Assembly (NCBI RefSeq): GCF_009914755.1
Contig: NC_060927.1
DNA length: 64,000 nucleotides
DNA from: the human T2T-CHM13v2.0 reference genome, Homo sapiens
Reading direction: 5' to 3' (one strand)
The translations under genes and the position numbers were made by a program. Shown here piece by piece: positions 27,151 through 41,852 of the stretch. Position 1 is the stretch's first letter. Every line of letters starts with the position of its first letter. The notes under the pieces were generated by a model. The model saw only the letters and a list, made by a program, of their open reading frames with translations. It did no database searches and was not told where the DNA came from.

Positions 27151-28409
27151 TAGTACCACAGCTGTCATCTACCCTGATAACCCTGATAATCAGAATATTT
27201 AACTAACCAAAATAGAATAGCTCATTCGTGAACAGGCCAGAAAACAGAATTTCCAATACACTGTCCAGTGTTACAGCTACCCCAACGGAATGATTTAAGT
27301 GCCCAGCTGATCAGGCCTAGGTAGGAAGCAAGAGAAACGTACGTAAGGTGTATTCATCCACTGGAAATTGACCATCTAGGATACAGCTGGCTAATAAAAA
27401 CCCACTTACCCTTTCCTTTGGTTTCTGGAGATGAATCTGTTTGTTTTCCTCCCACTGTGCTAAAGCAGTTTCTGACGCTGCTCCCTTCAACCACAAAGTT
27501 AATGAATTTGCAAAGAAGATAGGCTCTCCCTCCCTCTGCTGTTGCTGCAGGGTAAAAAAATGAAGCTTTTTCTTCCTCCATGGAAACTCACAGAGTGACT
27601 TCTCTCATAGGACCCATGACTGGACTGTTTCACTAAATATCACAGCCAGAATAAGGGCTCAGGACAACATTTTTCCTATACACTGTTAATAGCCCCTTTA
27701 TTCTAATAAATTGTAGTTTTTCCTAATATATATAGATATTATATCCACAGCTAATATTGTTAGTATTGTTATGTATCTATGTGAAAGAAAATATACAAAC
27801 TATTAATATGTTTCCCAGTTCCAACTTACACATTTAACATTTTAGGGGAGCACTTAGGTTTTTTCCAGCAAGAGTTTTTAGAAATGTATCCACCCCAAAT
27901 CTGAGGATGATCATTAGTCAAAAACAGGCAGTTATTTTTGCTTCCTGCTCACTTTTTGCCCTTCATACTTGACTCTTGGGAGCTGACAAATAAAGATGAA
28001 TTACCAGTCTAGAGCATTCTAACTAACTAAGCCATTGTAGTCACTTAAATAAATCTTGAAACCCAAATTTTGCTTTGTTTGCTAAAATTTCTCCTCTCAT
28101 TGTCTTCGACGATGTGAACTAGAATTACATAATATCAAGAAAAAGGTCGTAAAAACCAGGTTCTTTATCATACTGACTTTGCTTTTGGACTTAATGTTTC
28201 TTGACTGGAAAAGAAATCGCTTCATGCTAGAAAGATCTGCAATGTAAGTCCTGTACCTTCTCTAACTTACAAACATAAAATCTCTCTGTTTTCATATATA
28301 ACAAAAAATGTATATGCCTATCAATTGATACTAGACAGTGTTATAGTGTATAACCAAATTAAATGTCTCCTAATTTAAGAATTGACATTACTTGATATAG
28401 AATAAGAAT

Positions 28410-28760
28410 AATAAAAGCTAACATTTGCTGAGTGATTACTATGTACTGGAAGCTTTCCAATGAACTTTGTATGCAGTATTTCATTCCATCTTCACAGTGA
28501 TTCTACGAGGCAGGTACTTCAACAGTGTGGTAACGAACATATCTAAGAACAAAGAATTCTAGAGCCAGACTACCTGAGTTTATATCCTAATCCTGCCACT
28601 TAATTATGACATGACCTTGGGGAAGTTATTTAACTGCTTAAAGCCCCTGTTTTTAAAATCAGTAAAATGGAGATATTAGTAGTTACCTGCCTCACAGGGT
28701 GCTTGCAGGGAGTAAATTACCAAATTTGTATAATAGGCTTACTGTAGTCAATCTCACTAC
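28410..28760. mobile_element. Back-to-back MIR fragments (minus, then plus)
   Basis: ataataaaagctaacatttgctgagtg... followed by ctagagccagactacctgagtt...tgaccttggggaagttatttaac. Confidence 0.7.
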
Positions 28761-28889
28761 AGAGAATATTATATTAATGTTTTCTCAAACTTTGGTCATT
28801 TTTAAACTATGCATAGGATTTTGACAATATATCTGTGTACCATTTTATTATTAAGTAGTTAATACTCCTATTCACTTGATATTGCCTTT

Positions 28890-29615
28890 GTGCAATGCAA
28901 TTCTGACACTCGCTCCCTAGGGATGGTCAAATTTCAAAGCTCAAGGGCATACTCCTCCACGAGACTGCCCTCACTTCAGACACCGGCCACAAGTTCCAGG
29001 GTTCCAAGGTCACCAGTACTTCTGCCCAACTGGCTACAAATTCAGGGGTTCTCATTACCTCCTCAGGTTTGATAATTTGCTAGAATGACTCATAGAACTC
29101 CAGGAAAGCTATATTTATGATTCTAGTTTTCTTATGAATGATACACTGCAGGACCAACCAAGTGCAGAGACACATAGGGTGAGATCTAGGAGGGTCCCAA
29201 AAACAAAATATCCATGTCCTCAGGATGCATCACCCTCCCAGCACATTAATGTGCATGACCAACAAGGAAGCTCAACCATGCTCAGTGTCCAGAGGTTTCA
29301 TTATGGTTTCATTATGTAGTTATGACTGATTGATTGGCCATGTGGCTGCACTCAATCCACAGACTCCCCAGAGGACAGTTGGTACAACCTGGCTCAAAGT
29401 CCCAATCCTTAAATTGTATTGGTGGTCATTCTAGCATAGCCAGTTCTCATCCTGAAACTACCTAAGGTCCAGCATGAGTTACTTTGTTGACATAAACTCA
29501 AGAAGAGCCCTCTATGAATAACAAAGACTCTTCTATCGCTTGGCAATTCCAAAGATTAAGAGATTACTCCCCAATAGCCAGGGACAAACGGCAGCCAAAT
29601 TATCTACTATATGAC
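28890..29615 (-). mobile_element. MER21 (B/C-like) LTR
   Basis: caattctgacact, agactgccctcacttcagacacc, ggtttgataatttgctagaatgactcatagaactc, tgaataacaaagac. Confidence 0.85.
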
Positions 29616-29621
29616 GCTTTT

Positions 29622-29928
<307 letters not shown>

Positions 29929-31454
29929 GACGCTTTTAAATCAATTCCCTTTTTGCCATAAATTAATTAACCATAATCACAAACAACAACATAATGTAAT
30001 CACAGGTTTGATTATTGCTAATCATATCTTTTCTAATACATATTAAAGGAGATGAGTGACTTAAAATTTAAAATGTTTATCTGCATATCATCCGAAATCA
30101 TCTTACATTGCCACTTACTCATTTTTGAATTCAGTTTATTACACTATTTCCCCCAACAAATCCATATTCTTTTATCTTATGTGTCTCAGAAGTATTCCAC
30201 ATGAATAGAATCATATTGTGTAAATGCCAAGAAACCATCACAAAACAATCTCTAATTTTTCAGATGGAATCTAAGCCCAGCACAAGGAAATGACTCACCC
30301 AACTCTACACAGCTAGGACTCCATCTCAGTCTTTTGACCTCAGTGCAGGGGTCTTTTCATCACCTTGAGTCGGCAACTTCACCAGTACAGAAGTGCTTAG
30401 AGGAATGAATATAGGGGGAGGGTAAGAGAAAGCCTGACATACTTTTTTTGGTACTAAATGCTGATGGTATCTTAAGGAGAGCATGTCATGGGAAGTGCTG
30501 AAAATGATCAGAGACCTGGGTTGGCCAGGTCTCTGAATCTTGTAGCAAATAAAACCAGGCTTTATGGTCAGACCTTGTAGCACCCAACAGCTGGTTCACC
30601 GTGTCCTCCAAGCCCCGACTGCTATTTCTTCCCTAGTATTAAGTGGGCATTTTTGCGATATAGGCTCACCCCAGCCTGCAGGCTTTGGGAAACCCATCTG
30701 CTATCCTTCCTATTCATCTATTTCAACATGAGCCTTCAAAAATAATAAACACAGTGTGGGTCACTGTGAAAATGAAACAGAAGAAAAGCTGACATCAAGA
30801 ACTTGTGTTATAAAAGTGGAATCACATTTTAGGAACTTTCTTCAAGCCCGCTGAAAAACTCCACTCTGCACAATTATGTTGATTTTCCATTTGCCTAATA
30901 ATGGGAATGATAAAGCGAAGGCTGAGACAGCGTCTATTTGTAAAATTCAACATTGATTTTCTCCCCCTGTATATTTGCCCAGATGTAATTGTGGTGAGTG
31001 GCCTTTTAAAAATTTAAAAATACATTAAATAGACTAATGAGTCTCCAATAAATGTATACATGAATAGTTCTTTCCTTGACACAGCTTTCTGCCATGGAAA
31101 CTAAATGCATTCCCGGAATACGCTACAAGTAATCTCTTGACAGCTACTATTTTGGACACTGATATTTTATACCCGCGTTTAAAATGGACTCTGATATGTT
31201 TTGACTCATCTCTCTTTCATTTTTTTCTAAGTCTTGCAGTGTTCTTTTGCAAAATCTCCCATTGCCATCCTCCTTGCCTCTCCTCCTGCCATTGCACCTA
31301 CTCGGGCCTTCTTTACTTTGTTCTGGGATAAGTGAAGCACATCGTGAGCTAGTCCATTAGAATCCAGGGTCCTCTCAGTGCACATCTCTCTGCAAAGTGA
31401 CACTCCTCCCCCCTGGTCCCTGCTATCCCTGGGTTCTTTCCTTTACTGGGAAGG

Positions 31455-31690
31455 CGGTATAGGTAATGTTAAGACTCAGGCTCTGGAACTGATTTCAAAT
31501 TCTGCCTCCCACGTTTATTAGCTGTCTAACTTTGGGCAAGCAAATTCACTTTTCTGAGTCACAGTTTGCATAACTGCAAAAGGAGAATGAATTACATTCC
31601 TCAAGAGCTGTTATGAGAATTAAATGAAATAATCCATATAAAGTGCTTAGCGTAGTATCTGGCATATTGTAAATGTCCAGTGATAACTGT
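31455..31690 (+). mobile_element. MIR SINE
   Basis: gttaagactcaggctctgga...ctttgggcaag...aaagtgcttagcgtagtatctggcata. Confidence 0.8.
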
Positions 31691-32429
31691 AAAAAGCTAT
31701 GTTATGTGTGGAACCAAGTCTAGAGATCCCTAACTGTATTCCACAGCCCTTCAAAAACTAGGCCATCTCCCATGCCTCTCAAGTTTTTATTATTTGTTTA
31801 TTATTGTTTCTTAAACAATGTGACCAATAAATGATTCAGTTCAATCCTGAAAACACTGAAGCTCTGAGCAATCTATCCCCAAGGAACTATGCTCCTGTTA
31901 ACACAGCTAGGCAAGTCTCCTCCAATTCACCATTTTAATAATTTTCATTAAACCCCAGGCTGGCAAAACCTAATTATCAGGGTGAAGGAATCACCAACTC
32001 ATGACCCCAGATGAAACTGCCTGTTAACCATGTTGGTAGAAATATGAACATTATGGGTCTGCTACCATTTCTACCAAAGAGTGAATGAACCAAGTTCATC
32101 AGAAGTTGGGTTTTTTTTGGCCCTGATTAACAAGAACTAAATCTTGAAACACTGCCTTGTTTTAATATATGCTGAGCCTGTCTCTCCAGTTAAACTATGC
32201 ATGGCTTGAGGACAGAGAAGAGCTCTCATAAATCTTTTGTCATTTTTTGGGACAAAATTCACTTTCTAAACATATAAAATAGTTGTTCTACTCCGGATTT
32301 TTTTTTTTTTTTAATCTGAAGTACAAAGCTTAGTCGAAGATATGGAAGACCCAAGAGCTAGTTCCTGCTATAGGGCTCTTACTCTTTTCATCTGAAAATG
32401 TAAGAGAAAGGACAAGATGGTGTCTGTAG

Positions 32430-34040
32430 ACGGAATCTTTCCATTTCAAGGAATAGAAACCCAATTCAAACTAGCTTAAGCAAATCATGTATCTGAAAAA
32501 AGGCTAATCTACAAAGTGTATATGGAACTCAAACAACTCAAGAACAACAACAACAACAAAACCAAGTAACCTGATTTTAAAACAAGCTAGAGAGTTAAAT
32601 AGACAATCTCAAAAGAAGACACGCTAATGGCCAACAGGTATATGAAAAGATGTTCAACATCACTAATCATTAGAAAAATGCAAGTTAAATTCACAGTGAA
32701 ATACCTCATACCTTTTAGAATGGCTAATATCAAAAAGACAAGAGATAAGGGTATGAAGAAAAGAGAACACTTATACATTGTTGATGGGAATGTAAGTTGG
32801 TATAGACCTTGGGTAAGACAGCATGGAACTTCCTCAAAAACCAAAAATAGAACTACCGTATGATTCAGCAATTCCAATTCTGGGTATATAGGCCAAAGGA
32901 AATGGAATCAGTATGTCAAAGAGATATCTGCACACCCATACTCATTGCAGCATTATTGACAATAGCCAAGATACAGAAACAACCTAAATGCCAATCAACA
33001 AATGAATAGATGAAGAGAACGTGGTGTGTATCTTTATATACAACTGAATATCATTCAGCCTTAAACAAGAAGGAAATCCTCTCATTTGTGACAACATGGA
33101 TGAACCTGGAAGACATGCTAAGTGAAATAAACCAGACACAGAAAGACAAATACTGCACCATCTCAATTATATGTGGATTCTTAAACAGTTGAACTCATAG
33201 AAGCACAGAGTAGAATGCTAGCTGTCAGGGGTTGGAGGATGGGGGAGACAGGGAGATGTTGGTCAAAGGGTACGAAGTTTCAGTTATACAAGATAAGTAA
33301 ATTTTGGTGACCTAATGTACAGCATGGTCACTACAGTTAACAATACTATATGGTACACTTGCAATTTGCCAAAAGGATAACACTTAAGTTTTCTCACCGT
33401 GCCAACCCCCAAAAAAGTAACTATGTGGATGTGATGACTATGTTAACTAGCTTGACTGTGGTGAACATCTCACGATGTATACATGTATCAAAACATCAAA
33501 CCATACACCTTAATTATATATCATTTCTATTTGTCAATTATACCCCCAATAAAACGGAAAAAAAAAGAGCTTAAGCAAAAAAGGGTGATTGATGTATTGG
33601 CTCACTAACTCAACATTTGACAATTATATTAAATCCAAGCTAATCTAAATCCTGGTGCTCTAACAACGTCATTGAGGACTTGTCCTTTCCCCTCCTTTGT
33701 GGCTGATGCTCTTTATACTGGCTTCATCTCAGGCAGCTCTCCCTGCCTGGTCTCCTCACGATCTCCAGTGTTTCAGTCTTACCATCTGTCACCCTAACAA
33801 CTAGTAGAATAAGAGCTTCTCCTTCCCAGAGCTGATGCCCACTGGTTTGATTGGCCTGGCTTAGGGCTCATGACCTCTGCAAAACTATTCATTGTATCTG
33901 AGGGAGGGTAGAATCTTTGACTGATAGTCTCCCCAGGATTGGATGCAAATGAGAAATAAAGAAAAAAAAAAAAAAAACTAGGGCTGTTTCAGATAAAGAA
34001 GAAACTGGTACTGACTAGACAGTGATAGAAGATGTCCGCT
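32430..34040 (-). mobile_element. Old MLT1 (K/L-like) LTR split by L1MA
   Basis: agaaacccaattcaaactagcttaagcaaa, then resumes aaagggtgattgatgtattggctcac; gattggcctggcttagggctcatg. Confidence 0.6.
32485..33567 (+). mobile_element. L1MA (MA8-like) 3' end with poly-A
   Basis: ORF2 C-terminus remnant ([20 protein letters not shown]), 3'UTR, aataaa + A tail; 12-bp TSD agcttaagcaaa at 32473-32484 and 33568-33579. Confidence 0.93.
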
Positions 34041-34424
34041 AGGCCATCTAGGGCTCTGTAAAGCCCTGATTGGAGATAGGCAGCTACCTTTGGGCCTCTG
34101 GACTAGTTGCTTAAAGAGCAGGCTGACTCCAGTAAAGAGTCCTTAGGGCACATTTCCCTCTGCAGGTTGGAGTCTGGTTTGGTTATGCATCCTTTGGGTC
34201 ATGCATATTTCCTGTTTGCCTTTGTAGCATTCTTGTGTGGATTCTCAGGTCTGAGAGGAATTGCTCTGTTAGAACTGGCTTACACAGGACGCTGGTTCTG
34301 ATTGGCCTAAAGCCAAGTGAAAGTGGATAATAAATACATCATTGTCATTTGAATTCTACTAAAATCAAGTCAAATATTCCCTCCCTTGACATCACATGAC
34401 TCCTTCTGTTTCCTTTGCATATTT

Positions 34425-34890
34425 TATTCAGTCATCATTAATCAGCACTGATTAATTGCCTATATGTGCCAGGCACCAAACTAGACACGAGCACCTTTAC
34501 AAAGTTTGAATTCTAAGTCCTTTTTAGGGCAGTTTATGGTCTAGTGAGTAGATGTGATGGTGTCTAATAAGTACAGTTAGGGTGACGTTGCAAGGTATTT
34601 AAAAGTTCAAGAAGAAATGAATGTAAAGGCAGCAAAGACTTCCTAAAAAGGTAAGATGTGGCGTGTTGGAGAATAAGACAGAGTTTGCTGGAAGAGAGAG
34701 AGGAGCGGTATTCTAGGAGGCGGGGGTGGTAATGTGATGGCAGGGAGGTGGAAAACAGGGGGGCGTATATGAAGATCTGCTCATAGTTACTGTGGTTGGG
34801 GTGAAGGAAACTGAAGGAGGCTGGTGCTTTGGAGTTGACAGTGGGCAAAAGAAAAGTGGCGTGAAATAAAGTCAGAGAGACAGATAAAAA
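34425..34890 (-). mobile_element. L2 fragment
   Basis: ttattcagtcatc...tgcctatatgtgccaggcacc...tttatggtctagtg...aaagacttcctaaaaaggtaag. Confidence 0.55.
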
Positions 34891-34894
34891 TATG

Positions 34895-35253
34895 GGCCAC
34901 CTAAATTACCCTTTAAAGAAAGCCTTGCACCCCAGCCACAGGAGGTGCAGTCAGCAGATGGCCTTCCGCTGCCACTGTCTCAGGGTCAGCCTCAGGTGCG
35001 CTTGCTTTGTCAGAGTTTTACCCTTCCAGGTTGTAAAGACCGACGACTTTGGCCTGATGGATGACACCCTGGAGGTACTTTTCCAGAGCTCCCTCACAGA
35101 TAGGTTGACAAGGCTGTGTCAGGCCTGCATCCCAATTTGACTTCTTTTGTCCAATACTACTCCCCTTCCTTTCTACTAACACTGCTCTCTGATAAATATC
35201 TTCAGTCCCAAACTCCATCTGGCATCTGCTTCCAGAGAACCCATCCTGAAAGA
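34895..35253 (+). mobile_element. LTR33-type ERVL LTR
   Basis: 3' end ataaatatcttcagtcccaaactccatctggcatctgcttccagagaacccatcctgaaaga. Confidence 0.65.
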
Positions 35254-35696
35254 CCAGCATGGATCCAACCACAAAGGCTCTGTGTATGAAGCTGAGATGT
35301 GTTCCCTGAGTTCAAGCATTTCAAAATGAGAACCAACTAATGAACTGTCTGTCCTCTGACGAACTCTTCAGAGTCTCTCCAAGTCTGAAATAGATGTCCC
35401 ATCCTGTTACAAAGCTGAAACATCTAAACTCTGGTGAGAAGATTAGAGAAAAAGAATAGAAACCAATGCCATTGTATTCATTCAACAAACATTTCCTGAA
35501 TGCCTAGTCAGCATCAGATACTGTCTGATCTGAGAGTACCAGACCTCAAGAGTAAGACATGGCACAGGGCCCTCTCATGGAAGGCTTCCTGAAGGAGATA
35601 GCTCCTGAGAAGAGCCCAAGCTTGTTAGAAGGGACATGTGGCTAAATAAACAATGTGAAAATTAAGATCCAACACACAGAATTACAGGATAAGCTC

Positions 35697-36119
35697 TATA
35701 TTCATTTCCTAGGGATGACATAAAAAAAGTACCACAAACTGGGTGGCTTTAAACAAGAGAAAGTTACTCTCTCACAATTTAGAAGTCAAAAATCAAGGTG
35801 TTGGGAGCCCCTGCTCCCTGTCAAGACTCAGGGAAGTATCTGTCTTTGTCTCTTCCTAGTTTCTGGAGTTACTGGCAATCCTTGGCATTTTTGGCTCTGC
35901 CTCCATCATCACAAGGTATTTCCCCCATGTGTCTGTCTGTGTCTCTGTTTTGTCTTATAAGGACACCATTCATATTGGATTAGGGCCCACCCTAATGGAA
36001 TATGACCTCATCTTGATTACATTTGCAAGGACCCTATTTCCGAATGAGAGCACATGTAGATGTTCCAGGGGTTAGAATCTCAACATATCTTTTTGGTGAG
36101 CACAATTCAACTCCCAACA
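35697..36119 (-). mobile_element. MLT1C MaLR solo LTR
   Basis: gtaccacaaactgggtggctttaaacaa...ggcaatccttggcatt...ggattagggcccaccctaat; TSD agctc/ggctc. Confidence 0.88.
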
Positions 36120-36149
36120 GGCTCCAGCAAGAATGTCACCAGCCTCTAC

Positions 36150-36785
36150 AGGCAGTGATCAAAGAGACTGGAAGCACTAATTTTAGAGCCAGTGGAATAC
36201 TGGAATTGTGGCTTTCCCTTTACTACTGTGTGTATGTGATGTTGAACCAACTACTTTTCCCTTTTCCTCTAAGCTGAAAGTGTCCTCAGGTATAAAATAG
36301 GAACAGTGTCAGTATGTGCTGAGATTATTCTTTCTCCTCTTCTTCCAGACATACTCCTTCCTGAAGTTAGGCATAGTCATTTGACTTTCTGTGGCTAATC
36401 CAAGCAGAAATTATGTGTAGCACTCCAGTGTAGAAGTATTGAAGACTTGGCACCCAATTCCCCTTGCTCTCTTCCCCTCCCATGGCTAGTCCTGAAGACA
36501 TTTGTTGAGATGACAGTATCATCCTCCATTGGCTTTGGTTCCTGAGTAATAATGGTAAGCAGAGACCCCTGACTACCTGCATTGAAAAGACAGTATGAAC
36601 AATAAATAAATCTTTGTTCCATTAACCATTGAGATTTTAGTATTATTGGCTACTGCAGTATGACCTAACCTATCCTAACTGGAACAGAGTGTTGACCTCA
36701 CAGGATTGTTACGAGGTTTAACTAAGATAAAGCACATAAATTACTCAGCATGGTGCCTGGAAAATAAGAAATCTCAATAAATACT
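36150..36785 (+). mobile_element. MIR interrupted by an MLT1J-like LTR (~36310-36685)
   Basis: MIR 5' part to tataaaatagga; LTR end aataaatctttgttccattaaccattgagatttt...ctaacctatcctaactggaaca; MIR resumes acctcacaggattgttacgagg. Confidence 0.65.
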
Positions 36786-36914
36786 TTTTTTTATGCCCAA
36801 GGGAGCAAATACATTGCAGCATTTACATGGCAAAAATTTTGTGACTCCATTCTCATTCTAGAATATTGAGAAAAAAAGAACTCATATTGAACAGCTGGTG
36901 TATTCCATCCACAC

Positions 36915-37130
36915 TGGTAACATTTATTGAAAGACTACTACAATGCCAAGTACTGCTCTAATAACTTTACCTGCAGTAATTTGCTTAATCCTCACAACTA
37001 CCATAGGAGGTAGGTAGTAGGATTATCTTTTTTCACAGGAAAGGAAATTAAAGCACAGTGAGGTTAAATAACTTGCCCAACATCATAAAGTCAGGAAATG
37101 GCAGAGCCCTGGCAACCTGGCTCCAGCCGG
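36915..37130 (-). mobile_element. MIR SINE
   Basis: ttaatcctcacaactaccataggaggtagg...gaggttaaataacttgcccaa. Confidence 0.8.
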
Positions 37131-37776
37131 AGCACTGCCCCAGGCTCTTGCAGGAACAAGTACAAACAACAGAGCATGTTTGAGCACATTCCAGGACTAT
37201 CTTGGAAGGGAAAGCAACTTCTGAGGAAGATGCATCTTGCTCCAAAGATGCCCCAGGGTCAAATTAGCCATCATCCCAGGAGAGTAACAAAATGCTTTCA
37301 GGTCTCATCTGCTAAACTTGGGCAAGATGAATACAAAACATTTGCGAGCTAGAGACTTCATTTTGCAGTGCCATCACCAACAATCCAACATATCTGGTTT
37401 TAGCTAGACACTTACAAACAAGCAGAGCACGTAGCCTTGAGGCTGAGCACACACAGAAGCAACAGATGCCGCCCACGGAAGGCCACAGAACCTTGTTCTC
37501 CAAGGCTGCAGGAGAGGAGGGATTGAGAATTCCTTGGAACCCAGAAGTGATGAATTTACAACAACCCCTTGAACAATTCCATCTGAATTTATATGGGTTT
37601 GGCCTTTGTCCCTGCTCTCCATGAAAAGCCGTAGTATGGCAGGTAATGAAAACACAAAGCCTTTTCTAGAGCGAAGTTTTATTTACTGAAATTACCCCAA
37701 CACCTTGGAGTCAGAAGACCAGATGTGTATTTTATGTGCTGTGGCTTTCTAGAGAGAAACACTTAGAATGGCCATC

Positions 37777-38164
37777 TGTATTAGTTTGCTAGGTCTGCCA
37801 CTACCAAGTACCACAGACTGGGTGGCTTAATCAACAGAAATTTATTTCCTCACAATTCTGGAGGCTGGAAGTCAGAGAGATGGATGTGTCCACAGGGTTG
37901 GTTTCTTCCGAGGCCTCTGTCCTCAGCTTACAGATGGTGACCTTCTGGTTGTGTCCTCACAGGGTCTTCTCTCTGTCCCTGTGTCCTAATCTCCTCTTCT
38001 TGTAGAGACACCAGTCTTACTGAATTAGTGCCTACCCTAATGACCTCATTTTAATTTGATTACCTTTGTAAAAACCCTATCTTCAAATACAGTCACATTC
38101 TGAGGTACTAGGGCTTCGGACTTCAGCATATGAATTTGGGTGGGGCCCAATTCAGCCCCTAACA
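37777..38164 (-). mobile_element. MLT1B MaLR solo LTR
   Basis: tgtattagtttgctagg...cacagactgggtggctta...aaatacagtcacattctgaggtactaggg...aattcagcccctaaca. Confidence 0.9.
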
Positions 38165-38591
38165 CTGTCCAATACAGGAACTGTAGTTTATAGGAAAAAA
38201 AAAAAAGCTCCACAACCTCTTAGGTAATAGAACTAGTTCCAAATATTCTAGATGGGAGATTCTTTTTCAAAATTAGCAGTTATTTTTTAAAGCTAGTTTT
38301 GTTCGGTCAGCTAGCTGTTCTCTTCCATTTATGCAAGGAAAAGGGATATTAGTAGAAAGCCTAATGCCCTTTACGAGGGTGCCTTGTGGCCAAAACCAAA
38401 GAAAAGTGGGCCACCAGCCAGCCATACTGAGCATACAGCCATCTTATATGCAACACTACCTCTTATTTCTATCTACATAGCACTTTACAGTTTCAACGAT
38501 CACTTTCTATCTTTACACCACCCCATGAGGAAATCATAGACTAGTTAATATTCCTTGAACTGATTGGGAAGCTAGGGCTCCGAGAAAGTGA

Positions 38592-38883
<292 letters not shown>

Positions 38884-39029
38884 ATTCTTGATTGAAAATT
38901 ATTTAGTAGTGGGGTTTATATCATCAACTCAAATATAATATATATTTAAAAGTTTGGCCCCAACTACGTAATCTTAAGTGTCATAGTCTATTTATCTCAG
39001 AAAACAAGTTCTACTGTATACCAACGAAC

Positions 39030-39415
39030 CTCTCAAAAAAATCAACAGCTGAGACTACTTTAAAAAGAAGTACAAGAAGAGCTTCAGAGGAAAGGGAGAA
39101 TAATTTGCCCATGCAAGAATGACTTACTCTGCTGGATATGGAAGGCATATCACAAAATTAGGTACTATACAGTTAATATATGGTAGTAACACAAGAACAG
39201 CCAGAGATGAATGGAGTAGGATAGTTGATAATTTTTCTCCAACATTCATAATTGACGAATTCAACAGAATGTATAGAAAAGAGTTATATCTTCGTATTCA
39301 GTATATAAAAACAATTGGTAGAAATAATAATCACTTAATATATGAAATTATGTTATTAATATCAAAAAATACCAATTAAAACATAAAAATACTACTTATA
39401 ATTATTAAATGGCAT
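39030..39415 (+). mobile_element. Highly decayed old L1M ORF2 fragments
   Basis: aacagctgagactactttaaaaagaagtacaag; gacttactctgctggatat...tatggtagtaacacaagaacagccagagatgaatggagtaggatag; atcaaaaaataccaattaaaac all align with L1M ORF2 consensus. Confidence 0.6.
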
Positions 39416-39579
39416 ATCTCGAGCAGAAATTTGTACAATTATAACCAAGGGAAGCATTCAGAGAAATGGAATCTTGTTGATTAGCTGACTTTGCAATTAA
39501 CTAACTTTTGGGTTTTGAATACATAAAATAATTCTTTTAACTAAATAATAAATATGGAAAAGAATAAATATAATTCATC

Positions 39580-40567
<988 letters not shown>

Positions 40568-41635
40568 TTTTTTTTTTTACTTTTATTTTAAGTTCAGGGG
40601 TAGATCTGCAGGATGTGCAGGTTTGTTACCTAGGTAAACTTGTGTTATGGTATGGGGGTTTGTTGTACAGATTATTTCATCACTCAGGTATTAAGTCTAC
40701 TATCCATTAGTTATTTTTCCTGATCCTCTCCCTCCTTCCCACCTCCACCCTCTGAAAGACCCCCATGTGTGTTGCTCCCCTCTGTGTGTCCATGTGTTCT
40801 CATCATTAGGTCCCACTTATAAGTGAGAACATGCAGTATTTGGTTTTCTGTTCCTGTGTGAGTTTGCTAAGGATAATAGCCTCCAGCTCCATCTATGTCC
40901 CTGCAAAGGACATGATCTTACTCTTTGCTATGGCTTCATAGTATTCCATGGTGTATATGTACTGTAATTTCTTTATCCAGTCTATCACTGATGGGCATTT
41001 AGGTTGAGTCCATGTCTTTGCTATCGTGAATAGTGCTGAAATTAACATACACATGGATGTGTCTTTATAATAGTATGATTCATATTCCTTTGGGTATATA
41101 CCCAGTAATGGGATTGCTGGGTGGAATGGTACTTCTTTGTTTAGTTCTTTGAGGGATCACCACACTGTCTTTCACAATGGTTGAACTAATTTATTCTTCC
41201 AACAAAAGTGTATAAACATTCCTTTTTCTTCACAACCTCACCAGCATCTGCTGTTTTTTGACTTGTTAATAATAGTTATTCTGACTAGTGTGAGATGGTA
41301 TCTCACTGTGGTTTTGATTTGCATTTCTCTAATGATCAGGGATGTTGAGCTTTTTTTCATAGGCTTTTTAGCTGCATGTATGTCTTCTTTTGAGAAGTGT
41401 CTGTTCATGTCCTTTGCTCACTTTTCACTGGGATTGTTTTTTTCTTGTAAATTTCTTTAAGTTCCTTTTAGGTGGGGATATTAGACCTTTGTCAGACACA
41501 TAGTTTGCAGAAATTTTCTCCCATTTTGTAGGTTGTCTGTTTACTCTTTTGATAGTTTCTTTTGCTGTGCAGAAACTCTTTAGTTTAATTAGATCCCATT
41601 TGTCAATTTTTGCTTTTGTTGCAATTGCTTTTGGC
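40568..41635 (-). mobile_element. L1PA (PA10-13-like) 3' segment with poly-A (T-run at 40568)
   Basis: ttttattttaagttcagggg...tgcaggtttgttac...cccacttataagtgagaacatgcagtatttggttttctgttcctg; stops at gcaattgcttttggc. Confidence 0.93.
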
Positions 41636-41637
41636 AG

Positions 41638-41852
41638 TTATCATCCCAACTATAGAATACCTATGGAAATCCCTACAATTTCCTGGATTTCACATATTAT
41701 CTACATGGAGTTCCTTAAGTATGTATATTAATTAGACATAAGGCAGCTAATGACATAAATCATACTTTTTGGGGCAAAGAGTAATGTTTCTTTCTCCTAA
41801 TTCATCTACCCATATGGTAGGGAACTTCTGTCCCTCCTCTTCCTATTCTTCC
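41638..41852 (-). repeat. Inverted copy of 43790-44008 (left arm)
   Basis: Manual alignment: ~22 mismatches and 2 small gaps over ~219 bp. Confidence 0.93.

Noticed and set aside
39119-39379. 86-aa ORF in AT-rich DNA with an ATGA overlap to an upstream open frame; first considered a viral or foreign insert, or U6-like
   Set aside because: The nucleotide sequence aligns with decayed L1M ORF2 motifs, and the peptide matches no family I recognise.
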